Below are positions 7,570-16,869 of a stretch of 64,000 nt of DNA, in pieces. This stretch comes from a virus, in IMG/VR virus record IMGVR_UViG_3300020219_000016, positions 7,915 to 71,914 of that record; one strand, given 5' to 3'. Each line of letters starts with the position of its first letter. The stretch's first letter is position 1. The notes under the pieces were generated by a model that searched no databases, was not told where the DNA came from, and was given only the letters and a program-made list of their open reading frames with translations. Both the position numbers and the translations under genes were made by a program.

Positions 7570-9165
7570 ATGGTTGATGGATTGAAGATCGTGTCTCTGA
7601 CGGCAGAGAACATTAAAAGAGTGCGGGCGGTTTATATCGAACCAAGCGACGATGGGCTGGTGATCGTCGGCGGCAATAACGCACAGGGCAAGTCGAGCGT
7701 TTTGGATTCGATAATGTATGCCCTTGGTGGCACATCGACCGTTTCTGAGGAACCGATTCGCCGTGGAGAGACATCTGCGAGCATTCGGGTGGATCTTGGC
7801 GACTACGTTGTGACAAGGCGGTTTACGCCATCAGGTTCAACCGTGAAAGTGACGACGCGCGACGGTGCGTCGTTCTCGTCGCCTCAGAAGATCTTGGACG
7901 GCTTGTTCTCGAGGCTGACGTTTGATCCGTTGAAGTTCTCGAACATGAAGGCAGACGAACAGTCTCGCACGCTGATTGCCCTGCTGGGTATCGACACGAA
8001 GGATCTGGATGCGGAGCGGGCGAAGTTGTACGAGGAGCGTACTGGCATGAACCGACTGGTTCTGGAGTCCCAGGTCACGATTTCGAAAGTCGCGGAGAGT
8101 TGCGGAGACATTCCAGTGGCACGTCCTGATGCTGCTGAACTGATGAAGCAATTTGAGGCAGCAGTGTCCTCGAACTCAAAGCGAGAACGGATCAAGGCTG
8201 ACTGGGCTGATGACGAGCGGGATCAGGTGTTGGCTCTTGAGAGTCTTGCTCGTCTTGAGGCAGTGTCTGAAACCATGCAGTCTGATTGGGACACTGTTTT
8301 TGAACAATTGCGGTACAAGAACGATGCACGTGATGCTGGGTTGCGAACCCGACATGAACTTGAACTAAAAGAGTTGGCAGAACGGCATAAGTCAGACTGG
8401 GTGTCTCGTGAGGCGGACCGAGAGAGTGATGTTAACACCTGCAACGAGCGAGAGTTGCGTGCCACGGCGGAACATGCTGAAGAAATCGCATCCGCAAAGG
8501 CACGAGTCGCACAACTCAATGAAAGCGTGATGACTCGGGAAGCCCTGCCTGACAGAGAAGACACGGATGCAATCAGTGAGCAGGTCGATTCAGCATCCGC
8601 GTTGGCCAAACTCTGGGATGCACGAGAAGTGCGACGTACGTTGTTAGCGACGTATGACAAGCACAAGGCATCGTCTGACGCCATCACGGCACGTATGGAA
8701 GCCATCGACGATTCTAAGCGTGAACGTCTTTCCAAGGCGGCATATCCGATCGAAGGGCTGGCAGTATCTGAAACTGGATCAGTGCTGTTCAACGGAATTC
8801 CGTTCTCTCAGGCGTCACGTGCTCAGAAGATCAGAACGTCGGTCGCCATTGGTGCGGCGATGAACCCGAAGCTCAAAGTGCTGCTGATTGAAGACGGGTC
8901 GTTACTGGATGACGACGGCTTGAAGCTTGTGGCTGGTCTGGCTGACGAGTACGGGTTTCAGATCTGGATTGAGCGTGTAGGCGACAAGGATGCGTCGGCC
9001 ATCATTATCGAAGATGGTCACGTGCGTGGTGCTGAGGTGGCTACTGAACCTGTGGTAGAAGCGAAGCCTGCAAAGGCACCGCGTAAACCACGAGCGAAGA
9101 AGTCGGTGGATTTGTTCAATCTTGCTGAAGGTGAGGTGCCATTTGAAACTGTTGAGACTGCTTAA
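7570..9165 (+). CDS. SMC/Rad50-like ATPase with central coiled coil
   Basis: Walker A GNNAQGKSS, long coiled coil, signature-like SQASRAQ, Walker B LLIEDG. Confidence 0.85.
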   Translation: MVDGLKIVSLTAENIKRVRAVYIEPSDDGLVIVGGNNAQGKSSVLDSIMYALGGTSTVSEEPIRRGETSASIRVDLGDYVVTRRFTPSGSTVKVTTRDGASFSSPQKILDGLFSRLTFDPLKFSNMKADEQSRTLIALLGIDTKDLDAERAKLYEERTGMNRLVLESQVTISKVAESCGDIPVARPDAAELMKQFEAAVSSNSKRERIKADWADDERDQVLALESLARLEAVSETMQSDWDTVFEQLRYKNDARDAGLRTRHELELKELAERHKSDWVSREADRESDVNTCNERELRATAEHAEEIASAKARVAQLNESVMTREALPDREDTDAISEQVDSASALAKLWDAREVRRTLLATYDKHKASSDAITARMEAIDDSKRERLSKAAYPIEGLAVSETGSVLFNGIPFSQASRAQKIRTSVAIGAAMNPKLKVLLIEDGSLLDDDGLKLVAGLADEYGFQIWIERVGDKDASAIIIEDGHVRGAEVATEPVVEAKPAKAPRKPRAKKSVDLFNLAEGEVPFETVETA

Positions 9166-9331
9166 CCTGGATTTAAAGGCATGTTTTGTTCCTGTAGAGA
9201 AGGTGCTGTTGATTGACAGTGCTGATGACGGAACCAGCAGCATTTGGGTCGAAGGATTACCTGATCCCGTCTGTGTACTTCAAACGGCTGACGCCGTGGC
9301 GGATATGGTTGAGGAAGAATTGAAGAAGTGA
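9152..9331 (+). CDS. hypothetical protein
   Basis: ORF 9122..9331, start uncertain. Confidence 0.5.
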   Translation: MRLLNLDLKACFVPVEKVLLIDSADDGTSSIWVEGLPDPVCVLQTADAVADMVEEELKK

Positions 9332-9340
9332 GATCCGTCA

Positions 9341-9562
9341 ATGATTGATGAAGTGCTGTTAAAGCGACTGACTCGTGAACTGCGTGCCGCGAATGGAATC
9401 GAGCGCACGCCGTCACAGGTGGCCGCATGGCTGGATTCTAATTCGAATCGTCCGAATTCGTTTATACGCAGGGTGATGGACGACCCTGACTTGCTGCTGG
9501 ATTTGGCAAACAGGATGCGTATTCCGTATTTGGACAAGGCACCGAATGTTGATGAAGATTGA
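9341..9562 (+). CDS. hypothetical protein
   Basis: Tiled ORF. Confidence 0.6.
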   Translation: MIDEVLLKRLTRELRAANGIERTPSQVAAWLDSNSNRPNSFIRRVMDDPDLLLDLANRMRIPYLDKAPNVDED

Positions 9563-9885
9563 GGGGTATTTCGATGGACTATGGAATCTGTGTCTACTGG
9601 TGTAGTGAGGGTGTCTTCGCAGTGAAGAAATTCGAGGCGTCTCAACGAATCAGCCCACACGCTAATTCGGAGCAGAGGTCGATTTCTGAATCTACTGTGG
9701 CTGAGGCTGTTAAGTCGCAGTTAGACCGGTTCACAATGGATGCACGTTGCGATCTAATCAGTATGATTGAGGAGCTTCTCACAAAGTGTTACTACCTGTC
9801 GCCAGATAGGGCTCCGGACGCGATAGACGTAATCGAACGGGCTCAAAGAATTGTCATTGAGCATAAGCAGAGGCAGGTGATTTGA
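9559..9885 (+). CDS. hypothetical protein
   Basis: Tiled ORF. Confidence 0.6.
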   Translation: MRGISMDYGICVYWCSEGVFAVKKFEASQRISPHANSEQRSISESTVAEAVKSQLDRFTMDARCDLISMIEELLTKCYYLSPDRAPDAIDVIERAQRIVIEHKQRQVI

Positions 9886-9886
9886 A

Positions 9887-10132
9887 ATGAGTAATACCGA
9901 TGGCGGGCCGGCGTTTCCTGTTGTGGAGTCTGATCTGTTGCGTGGCACTCGTGTGTCAGGTGGGATGTCACTTCGTGACTACTTCGCTGGTCAGGCTGTG
10001 GCAAATCTACTTTCCTTTCCTCCTCCAGAGTCGATGAATGTGGGTGACTACTGGGAATTTAGCCATGTTGCTGATGAGTCGTACAAAATTGCAGACGCCA
10101 TGCTGAAAGCGAGGGGTGATGTCATTAAATGA
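9887..10132 (+). CDS. conserved small phage protein
   Basis: GGPAFP...GMSLRDYFAGQA...Y.IADAMLKAR motif common in phages. Confidence 0.8.
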   Translation: MSNTDGGPAFPVVESDLLRGTRVSGGMSLRDYFAGQAVANLLSFPPPESMNVGDYWEFSHVADESYKIADAMLKARGDVIK

Positions 10133-10733
10133 AAGCCAGAGTCCGATACTGATGCTCGGAGGTAGTGCGCACGGTACGTACGCAAGAGGTCGTCGCGATG
10201 TTTATATCAAAACATCGCCAGGGATTGGCGTCCGTTTCAATCATCGTGATGAATATGCCAGTCACGATAATTTGAACGTTACGACATATCGCCTTCAGAT
10301 GTTCGGGTTTCGGACACGCGACGGGGCGGACCATTATGTTGACGTACTTGTCGCAGCGGGTGTCGATGGCGATAAGTTATTCGACCGGTGCGAACTGGTG
10401 TTCGGTTTCAATGACGAAGATGTTTTTGACATTCGGCGGTCTATTCACTGGCCGGGAGATATCTCTCCAGGTGGATGCGTCGGGGAGCCAGGAGAGGTGA
10501 CAGGGGTGTACATTGAAAAAGAGCGTCGAGTTGTTCCGATCAATGGATTTAGGGTCGAGGACAGGTTCACGGAATACGGTCCTGAAGACTTGTGGCTCCT
10601 GAAGTTCTTCGGGATCGCGCGTGGTGTGATGATGCGTAATCCACCGACACTTCGTCTCTCAAAGCGGGAGCTTGAGCGAATCAATCTTGATCGCCGTGCG
10701 ATGAGTCGAAGTGAGCGACGGTACACTGTTTAA
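10116..10733 (+). CDS. hypothetical protein
   Basis: 205 aa tiled ORF. Confidence 0.65.
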   Translation: MMSLNESQSPILMLGGSAHGTYARGRRDVYIKTSPGIGVRFNHRDEYASHDNLNVTTYRLQMFGFRTRDGADHYVDVLVAAGVDGDKLFDRCELVFGFNDEDVFDIRRSIHWPGDISPGGCVGEPGEVTGVYIEKERRVVPINGFRVEDRFTEYGPEDLWLLKFFGIARGVMMRNPPTLRLSKRELERINLDRRAMSRSERRYTV

Positions 10734-10753
10734 ATCTGTTAATTGGAATAACG

Positions 10754-10951
10754 ATGCATCCTAAGTCTGTAACGTTCAACGAGGACGAGTTGAGCAATTT
10801 GCGCACGGTGGTTTGGTGGCTAATGATGGCAGAGAAGCCGACCCGTGCATTTTGGTTGAGTCGTATCAGCGAAGAGATTGCTGAGTGCGATCGAGAACTG
10901 TTTCTTGACAAGTTGTCAGCGATCGGGCTGCTGGTGGAGGGTGAAAGATGA
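10754..10951 (+). CDS. hypothetical protein
   Basis: Tiled ORF, ATGA-coupled to next. Confidence 0.6.
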   Translation: MHPKSVTFNEDELSNLRTVVWWLMMAEKPTRAFWLSRISEEIAECDRELFLDKLSAIGLLVEGER

Positions 10952-11253
10952 TCGAGTCGATTGAAGATATTGAGTTCAAGGCGTTCCTTGTGAGTCGTGA
11001 GTTGCAGGCGTTCCTCGTGAGCCTTGAGCATCGGTGTCATCCACATACTCACAGCGGTGGATTGGCTGCAGATAACAGGCTGTTGCAGAAGGCATTGATT
11101 TTGATCCGGTTGTTCAAGGCACAGTCTGAGTTGCTTCAGTTAGCAATCGACGCAGGCGGCTGGGACATGTCGCCGTGTGGACGTTGCGGAATAGTGATCG
11201 TCTGCCTGCCTGATGGCTTGCCGATGTGCGAGAAGTGCGCGATGTCAGAGTAA
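10948..11253 (+). CDS. hypothetical protein with C-terminal CxxC pairs
   Basis: CGRC...CEKC. Confidence 0.6.
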   Translation: MIESIEDIEFKAFLVSRELQAFLVSLEHRCHPHTHSGGLAADNRLLQKALILIRLFKAQSELLQLAIDAGGWDMSPCGRCGIVIVCLPDGLPMCEKCAMSE

Positions 11254-11266
11254 CTAAGGAACCACT

Positions 11267-11446
11267 ATGCCTGGTGAGCACGGTGATCAAAGAGACGTTC
11301 GGCAGTCGAGTTTGTACAAATGCGGACACTGCGGTAGATCTGTTAATCGATGCAGCACAAAGCAATGGCTGAAAAGCTACTGCTCTAGTACGGGCAAGAA
11401 TGTTCGACTGGTGAGAGTTTCGAAAACAAAGGGGACAGTGAAGTGA
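11267..11446 (+). CDS. small Cys-containing hypothetical protein (59 aa, not in ORF track)
   Basis: AAGGA RBS, MPGEHG...CGHC..., GTGA-coupled to next gene. Confidence 0.5.
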   Translation: MPGEHGDQRDVRQSSLYKCGHCGRSVNRCSTKQWLKSYCSSTGKNVRLVRVSKTKGTVK

Positions 11447-11895
11447 ACAAGACAGTTAATACCATGAACAACGCATTTAAAAACGACCCGGCAGCGATTC
11501 GCGCATTGATGTGCAATCGTGTTCCGTGTAATGGATACCTCGCGGATGATCCAGTGGTTCAGGTGGATCTGGACATACATATCGAAGGTGAGCATTTCAC
11601 TGTTGGCGCTCTCGGTTTGATAAATGGAGTTCTTGCGGCAAATGGATTGCCTTTGTTGTCGATGATGTGGGATGATGAATTAGTAATTGGTGTTCCATGC
11701 CAGTTTCTTGGGTTCACTGAATACGTGCCATCAGTGGATCACGAGAAAGGAATGTCTGATTGGTATACAGCGAAGCGTGAGGCTCAACAGGCAGAGTTTG
11801 CCAAGATGATTAACATGCGAGAGTCTGGCGCGAGCCATGAGGCGATCGAGAAACAGCGTCAGATTATGTACGACGCTGGCGACACTGGAGATTGA
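11443..11895 (+). CDS. hypothetical phage protein
   Basis: DPAAIRAL..RVPCN..LADDP..VGALGLING. Confidence 0.7.
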   Translation: MNKTVNTMNNAFKNDPAAIRALMCNRVPCNGYLADDPVVQVDLDIHIEGEHFTVGALGLINGVLAANGLPLLSMMWDDELVIGVPCQFLGFTEYVPSVDHEKGMSDWYTAKREAQQAEFAKMINMRESGASHEAIEKQRQIMYDAGDTGD

Positions 11896-11913
11896 AACAA
11901 AGTTTGCAAAAAC

Positions 11914-11948
11914 ATCTGCGTTGATCTGATTTTGATCGTATATGCTGT
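11914..11948 (+). promoter_or_regulatory. recurrent promoter-like motif
   Basis: ATCTGCG-N16-CGTATATGCTGT. Confidence 0.6.
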
Positions 11949-11994
11949 AACGCTGATGTGGCGTGATGCATTCTGTCACATGTTTGGGATTGAT

Positions 11995-12348
11995 ATGCAA
12001 ACCTCTGAAAAGTGCTTCGAATCCGACATGGCAGCTATTACTGACCTTGGCTGGCAGGATAGCCGCGAGGTACGCTCAAGTCGAGCTGACATGATATGGG
12101 AGCGTCATTTTCCTGATGAGCCGCGATGTTCAGCGAGTGGTAATGATCCATTGTGGATTCAACTCCTACTGCATGATGAACGAAGACATGGTTTCGGATG
12201 GCGGTTTGACTTGGAAATTTTCGCTCAACCATCTGGAAATCCAGGATGGTTCAAAGTATCAATGTACGGTATCGAATCCGTTTCGGATATTGAGGCGAAC
12301 ATTCAATGCGCTCTTCGTGCATGGCGTGCTGTTCAGCCTGTCGCGTGA
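11995..12348 (+). CDS. hypothetical protein
   Basis: ORF 11932..12348, likely start 11995. Confidence 0.6.
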   Translation: MQTSEKCFESDMAAITDLGWQDSREVRSSRADMIWERHFPDEPRCSASGNDPLWIQLLLHDERRHGFGWRFDLEIFAQPSGNPGWFKVSMYGIESVSDIEANIQCALRAWRAVQPVA

Positions 12349-12614
12349 AGGGGTTCCCAATGATCTGCGTTCACCCAGAAACGGGCCTTCGCATTGTCGT
12401 GAAGACTGTCGTTGTTGAGCATGAAGTCACAAACGCTCGTGGCGAAACGAAGCTGGTCAGCCCGTGAGATTGCACAGTTGGAGGCGATTGCTATATGTGG
12501 CGAGCGTGAGGCAGCCAGTTGGAGTGGCGGGAGTTCAATGGTTCGCAGTGTGTCAGGGGTAACCTGCAAGTTGTGTGTTTCAATGAATTTGCATATTATT
12601 GACAAGGAACTCTA

Positions 12615-12836
12615 ATGTCAAAGCGTCACAGTCTTGTGGCACTACGCAGGCGGATAGCCATTGTGAAGGATCGCATGGATGCAGACACGGCATTGTACCA
12701 ATGCTTGCAGCGTAAGGCGTCGATACTGAGTGCTGAGGTTGCCATAGAGGCGATGCCTGAGTACATGCGTAACACATTGGTGTATTCTGGTCAGTCTACA
12801 TGTTCTGTTCCGCGTAAACCTGTCGTGAATGATTGA
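12615..12836 (+). CDS. hypothetical protein
   Basis: AAGGA RBS. Confidence 0.55.
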   Translation: MSKRHSLVALRRRIAIVKDRMDADTALYQCLQRKASILSAEVAIEAMPEYMRNTLVYSGQSTCSVPRKPVVND

Positions 12837-12848
12837 AGGATCGAGTCA

Positions 12849-13292
12849 ATGCTTGACGTAACAGCCGAAATACGATGCGGTAACTGCGGCGCTGAGTTCG
12901 CGGATCACAACTACGTTAAGGATTCGATCGACAAGTACGTCTGTCCGCATTCGCATGTTGAATGTGGCTATGGATACTTTAAAGGTGGCGATCCACGTAA
13001 GTTTAGCCCGGATGGTGATGCTTGCAGTCCTGACGAGATTTCCAACCACAAAGCATCGTGCGATCTGTGGAATGATATGGAGAGCAAAGGCAAGACGCCA
13101 TCGCCTGAAGATTGTCCATCAGGTTGGATCTACGATACAGACGGCAAGACTGTCGCTCACGTGCTGGTGGCTCCGTACGGTATCGGTGTCTACTCTGTGG
13201 AGTTTGAGCAATACTTCGATGCAAGAGATTTCGACGATCAGGTCGCGGAAGAATACGACTTCGAGATCGACTTTGAAGAGGATGAGGAATAG
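12849..13292 (+). CDS. Cys/His-rich acidic hypothetical protein
   Basis: CGNC..H..C; AAGGA RBS. Confidence 0.65.
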   Translation: MLDVTAEIRCGNCGAEFADHNYVKDSIDKYVCPHSHVECGYGYFKGGDPRKFSPDGDACSPDEISNHKASCDLWNDMESKGKTPSPEDCPSGWIYDTDGKTVAHVLVAPYGIGVYSVEFEQYFDARDFDDQVAEEYDFEIDFEEDEE

Positions 13293-13550
13293 TTGACTGA
13301 AAAGGCAATTTTCGAGGAGGCGATGATGTTCAGTGTTGATCAAAAGCGGTCTATCTCGGACGCTGTACAGAAGATCCTGCGAGATACAAATCACCCTGAG
13401 TTACCATCGGGGGATATCGATTTTCTGCTGCACGTCGAAGGCAAGGACGTATCGTGTTGGGCACGCATTCGCAACAATGGAGCAATTGGCAACGCTTATG
13501 TAAATCCGTGGAATGAACTGCAGGGCGGCAAGACGCTGACCAGCAGATAA
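13293..13550 (+). CDS. hypothetical protein
   Basis: Tiled ORF. Confidence 0.6.
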   Translation: MTEKAIFEEAMMFSVDQKRSISDAVQKILRDTNHPELPSGDIDFLLHVEGKDVSCWARIRNNGAIGNAYVNPWNELQGGKTLTSR

Positions 13551-13594
13551 ACGAAAGCCGCCCTGCCACGTTGAAATTCTTTTTTTGGTGCAGT

Positions 13595-14158
13595 ATGGCA
13601 ATTTGGTTCACATCAGACACGCATTTCAATCATGCGAAAATCATCGAGTATTCATCACGACCATTCAGTAGTTTGGATGCGATGAACGATGCTTTAGTTG
13701 ATATCTGGAATGCAGAAGTCAAGCGTGGTGACACCGTGTATCATCTTGGCGATTTCGCGTTGTCATGGGGGAAGCAGCATACTGACTTGATAGACAGGTT
13801 TCTTGCGAGTCTGAACGGAAACAAGTGGTTGATTGTCGGCAACCATGATCGTGACGAGGTTGCGAAGAACGATCGATGGATCAATGTCGTTAAGTACCAT
13901 GAAATAAAGGTCGATTTGGGTGAGCCGCACAAACAGAGAATTGTGATGAGTCACTACGCAATGCGAGTTTGGAATCAGATGCATCGCGGCGCATGGATGT
14001 TGCACGGGCACAGTCACGGTAATCTGATCGATATTGGCGGTCTCACAATGGATGTCGGCGTTGACTGCCATAACTTTCGACCAATACACCTTGATGAAGT
14101 GGCGGCGTTTATGCGTGGTCGCGTTATTGTTGAGTGCGATCATCATACTTCCGTATGA
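13595..14158 (+). CDS. metallophosphoesterase (calcineurin-like phosphoesterase)
   Basis: FTSDTHFNH, YHLGDF, GNHD, HGHSH, DVGVD motifs. Confidence 0.9.
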   Translation: MAIWFTSDTHFNHAKIIEYSSRPFSSLDAMNDALVDIWNAEVKRGDTVYHLGDFALSWGKQHTDLIDRFLASLNGNKWLIVGNHDRDEVAKNDRWINVVKYHEIKVDLGEPHKQRIVMSHYAMRVWNQMHRGAWMLHGHSHGNLIDIGGLTMDVGVDCHNFRPIHLDEVAAFMRGRVIVECDHHTSV

Positions 14159-14199
14159 CGCCACAAAGCAGTTGTCGCAAGTATTCCGTGAGGTTTGAT

Positions 14200-14400
14200 A
14201 TGAATACAATGCCAGTCGAATGGCACGTTGAGAGTCTGAGAAACGCACGTATTTATCACGTCCGATTGCTTGAGGAATTGGAGCTATTAACGGATCGTGC
14301 TAGAACGTCGTCTGCAGATAACCGCGATTACGCTAAGCAGATTGAACGGGCAATACGCGAAAAGAAGCCGTCATTCGATCGCGACAATTTCAAGGTGTAA
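14200..14400 (+). CDS. hypothetical protein
   Basis: ORF 14134..14400, likely start 14200. Confidence 0.55.
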   Translation: MNTMPVEWHVESLRNARIYHVRLLEELELLTDRARTSSADNRDYAKQIERAIREKKPSFDRDNFKV

Positions 14401-14426
14401 CGCCAATTTTAACGAAGGGGATTTTG

Positions 14427-14711
14427 ATGCCAGTGAATCGTCGCAAATGCTGGAGTTGCAGCAATGTTGCCGAACATCGCGATAACTACGGACAGCATAT
14501 TGTTTGCACACAATGCCGCAGCCGAGACACCAGACTCGTGAAGATGCCAGAGCAACCGCCGGTTCTTCGAGACCCAACACCACTGCAAGTATGGTCTGCC
14601 TGCGTGTCGTTCCGGCATGACTTCGGATTACTGAGTCCGGAAGACAGGGCGTCCATTGAACTCACGGCTATCGAATGGCTGCGAGCGTGGCAGCATCAGG
14701 GCGTTATCTAA
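14427..14711 (+). CDS. zinc-ribbon hypothetical protein
   Basis: CWSC...CTQC. Confidence 0.6.
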   Translation: MPVNRRKCWSCSNVAEHRDNYGQHIVCTQCRSRDTRLVKMPEQPPVLRDPTPLQVWSACVSFRHDFGLLSPEDRASIELTAIEWLRAWQHQGVI

Positions 14712-14750
14712 GGCGGAGTTGAGCGTTTTTTATTTTTCGGGAGGTTCATC

Positions 14751-14969
14751 GTGCAATTAGAAATGATCAATAAACTGTTTTTAGAGCTGTCTCAGGTGGC
14801 GACCGCAAAGACAGCGCGAGAGTGTCTCTTGGAAGACGTACTTGTCTCTGTGCGGACCATCGCTCAACGTCATGGTGAAAACACAGCATGGGCGACGTTA
14901 GACGCAAAACTCGAGTCGCTTGGGGTCGGGAGCGTAACGGCCAAAGTGTTTAAGCTCCACTTTGACTGA
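14751..14969 (+). CDS. hypothetical protein
   Basis: GGAGG RBS with GTG start. Confidence 0.6.
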   Translation: MQLEMINKLFLELSQVATAKTARECLLEDVLVSVRTIAQRHGENTAWATLDAKLESLGVGSVTAKVFKLHFD

Positions 14970-14977
14970 GTTCGACA

Positions 14978-15081
14978 TAACGGCACCGGCGTTCACTCGA
15001 TCGACAAAACAGTATCAAGGAAACGACATGTCCGAGCATGAAGAAACGATCGTAGCGGATTCGGCGGCAATGCCTTTGTCA
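14978..15081 (-). repeat. degenerate attC-like site
   Basis: TAAC..GGCGTT-CACTCGATC ... GATTCGGCGG-C-AATGCC..GTCA imperfect inverted repeat enclosing RBS and ATG of 15028. Confidence 0.3.
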
Positions 15082-15291
15082 CCGATCGACATTCCTGAAT
15101 TGAATGTGCCGATTCTTTTCTGGGTGTGTCCGGTGTGTGAGCATTCGGCGGTAGAGTGGCATGGAAAGAAGGCGTCATGCTGTCGATGCGGCCAATCGAA
15201 CGACGATTCAGTGTGCCAGTGCGGAAAGCCGAGTGCGATGAAACGAAACGGAGAGTGGGTAGGGTGTTGCAACGACTGTCTTCCGTTTTGA
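15028..15291 (+). CDS. Cys-rich hypothetical protein
   Basis: Multiple CxxC; AAGGA RBS. Confidence 0.6.
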   Translation: MSEHEETIVADSAAMPLSPIDIPELNVPILFWVCPVCEHSAVEWHGKKASCCRCGQSNDDSVCQCGKPSAMKRNGEWVGCCNDCLPF

Positions 15292-15332
15292 GGCGAACAT
15301 GGTTCAATTAAACCGCGACATTCCCACACAAC

Positions 15333-15381
15333 TTGCACCAATCTTCACCCCCTGTGATACTACTTCACAGGGGGTGTTTTT
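15333..15381 (+). promoter_or_regulatory. integrase promoter overlapped by 12-bp inverted repeat (operator or terminator)
   Basis: TTGCAC-N17-GATACT; CACCCCCTGTGA/TCACAGGGGGTG followed by T5. Confidence 0.5.
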
Positions 15382-15972
15382 ATGGTCAAGGTTACAGTGG
15401 TCCGGTTTAGAGGCCGTCCGCACCTGATGCTTCGGTTCACAGATCCGATCACGGGCAAGCGTGTTCATAAGTCGGCTGATACGGCGAATGCGAAAGAGGC
15501 AGAGCGTGCGGCAGAGCGCTGGCAGGCTGCGTTCAATAAGTTCGAAGATCTGACCGGCATAGCGAAGATGCCCGATGCGCACGGCTTGCTCCACAAGTAC
15601 GAAGTGGATCTGCGTAAGTCGAAAGTGTCAGTCAATACGGTGGCAACGTACATGAAGCACATGCGTACGGCGCTGTACTGGGCTGGTGAGCATGGCTACA
15701 TCGATCATCAGAAGATCAAGGTTCCCGCTGGTTCATAAGACCAGATGAAAGGTCGAGCCGTTGAAGACGCTGAATTTCCATTGATGCTGGCTGCTGTGGA
15801 TGAGGTGATTCCTGAGTACGCTGCCGAGTGGAAGCATTACCTGACCGGGCTGTGGCTGAGTGGGCTCCGCAGATCGATTCAGAATCCAGACTTTATCTGG
15901 AATAACTCACAGAAAGTTTCGGACGAATCAATTTACCTTCGGTTATTAGTGAAAGTAGCAAACAAACACTGA
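15382..15972 (+). pseudogene. int: tyrosine integrase pseudogene
   Basis: Arm-binding N-terminus (DPITGKRVHKS..AERAA), SAM-like NTVATYMKH, in-frame TAA at 15736, then MKGR...LWLSGLRR (first catalytic Arg) and no HxxR/Tyr part. Confidence 0.8.
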
Positions 15973-15991
15973 TATAAACTCGAGGTGAACT

Positions 15992-16528
15992 GTGAGAGAC
16001 GTTGAAGAACAGAAGTTACGGATGAAGGATTCCCTTGCCAAGTGGAATGCGATGAGGGATCGCATCGATGCCTGCGACCGTGGCCCTGAAGTCGGAGACG
16101 AGTATGTTTTCGCTGAAACAGCGGGAGATGGGATATTGTGGCTCGTCGCCATGCTGCATATAGACGATCCATCCATGCTGTACTGCTTGCCAGTAGATAT
16201 GGGCGGCATGGTCGGAACGTGGGATGTCGAGATCAATGAAAGTTCAGACTGCGGATCTGGCGCTGTAAGGTGTGGGTGTGGTGTTTGGCTAAGTGCTGAC
16301 TTCGTCACAGCGTCAGGGCTACGCTCAGGATTTCTTGAGCCGCGTTATGTCAGCAAGTGTTGCCGTCTTCTGTCAGCAATGGTGACAGGCGACGAAAATA
16401 AGGTACAACACCTGCAAGAAGTGGATTGCGATCCTGACCGGGATGAGTGGATTGAGACAGTGACGACAGCCGCTGAACGACTTGAACGCTGCTCCAGACT
16501 ACGCAGTTTGATTGTGACTCAAAGGTAA
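15992..16528 (+). CDS. hypothetical protein
   Basis: GAGGTG RBS, 178 aa. Confidence 0.65.
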   Translation: MRDVEEQKLRMKDSLAKWNAMRDRIDACDRGPEVGDEYVFAETAGDGILWLVAMLHIDDPSMLYCLPVDMGGMVGTWDVEINESSDCGSGAVRCGCGVWLSADFVTASGLRSGFLEPRYVSKCCRLLSAMVTGDENKVQHLQEVDCDPDRDEWIETVTTAAERLERCSRLRSLIVTQR

Positions 16529-16714
16529 CAAAAAGGTAACAAAACAGTCGGGAATACAGGATTTGAACCTGCGACCTCTTGGCCCCCAGTCAGTTAATGA
16601 TTGCTGGATGCTGTTCGGTTGGTGTTCGGTTGCAGCGTTTTGTTTGGTGTCATAAATCTGGATGTGTCAGTCGCACGCATGATTTTACGCCATTTGGTAA
16701 CAGAAAAGGTAACA
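16524..16714. mobile_element. attP: tRNA-Pro(GGG) 3'-half core flanked by arm-type repeats
   Basis: Minus strand 16547..16593 = CTGACTGGGGGCCAAGAGGTCGCAGGTTCAAATCCTGTATTCCCGAC; GGTAACA pairs at 16524/16535 and 16696/16708. Confidence 0.8.
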
Positions 16715-16811
16715 AAGGAATAATTTCATCGTATATTTCATAAAGTGCGAAATGCTTCTGGGTTACTGCTGGTTGGTGCCGTATTGATATTCGGTTAGTG
16801 CATGTTGTGTC

Positions 16812-16836
16812 AAAAGTGCTTACTGGTAAGCAGTTT
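16812..16836. promoter_or_regulatory. 26-bp palindrome copy 1
   Basis: AAAAGTGCTTACTGGTAAGCAGTTT; copies at 22853 and 43417. Confidence 0.7.
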
Positions 16837-16869
16837 CCGTTTTCGAGTGTGTTTTATCGAGTCAGTCGC

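Noticed and set aside
12360-12615. Programmed frameshift joining MICVHPETG... to ORF 12412..12615
   Set aside because: No slippery sequence seen; more likely a decayed small gene or a sequence error.
15736-15738. Stop-codon reassignment explaining the split integrase
   Set aside because: TAA, TAG and TGA all end intact conserved genes elsewhere, and the integrase is also truncated.
16547-16593. Functional tRNA-Pro gene
   Set aside because: Only the anticodon loop to 3' end is present; the 5' half is missing, so it is read as an att core.
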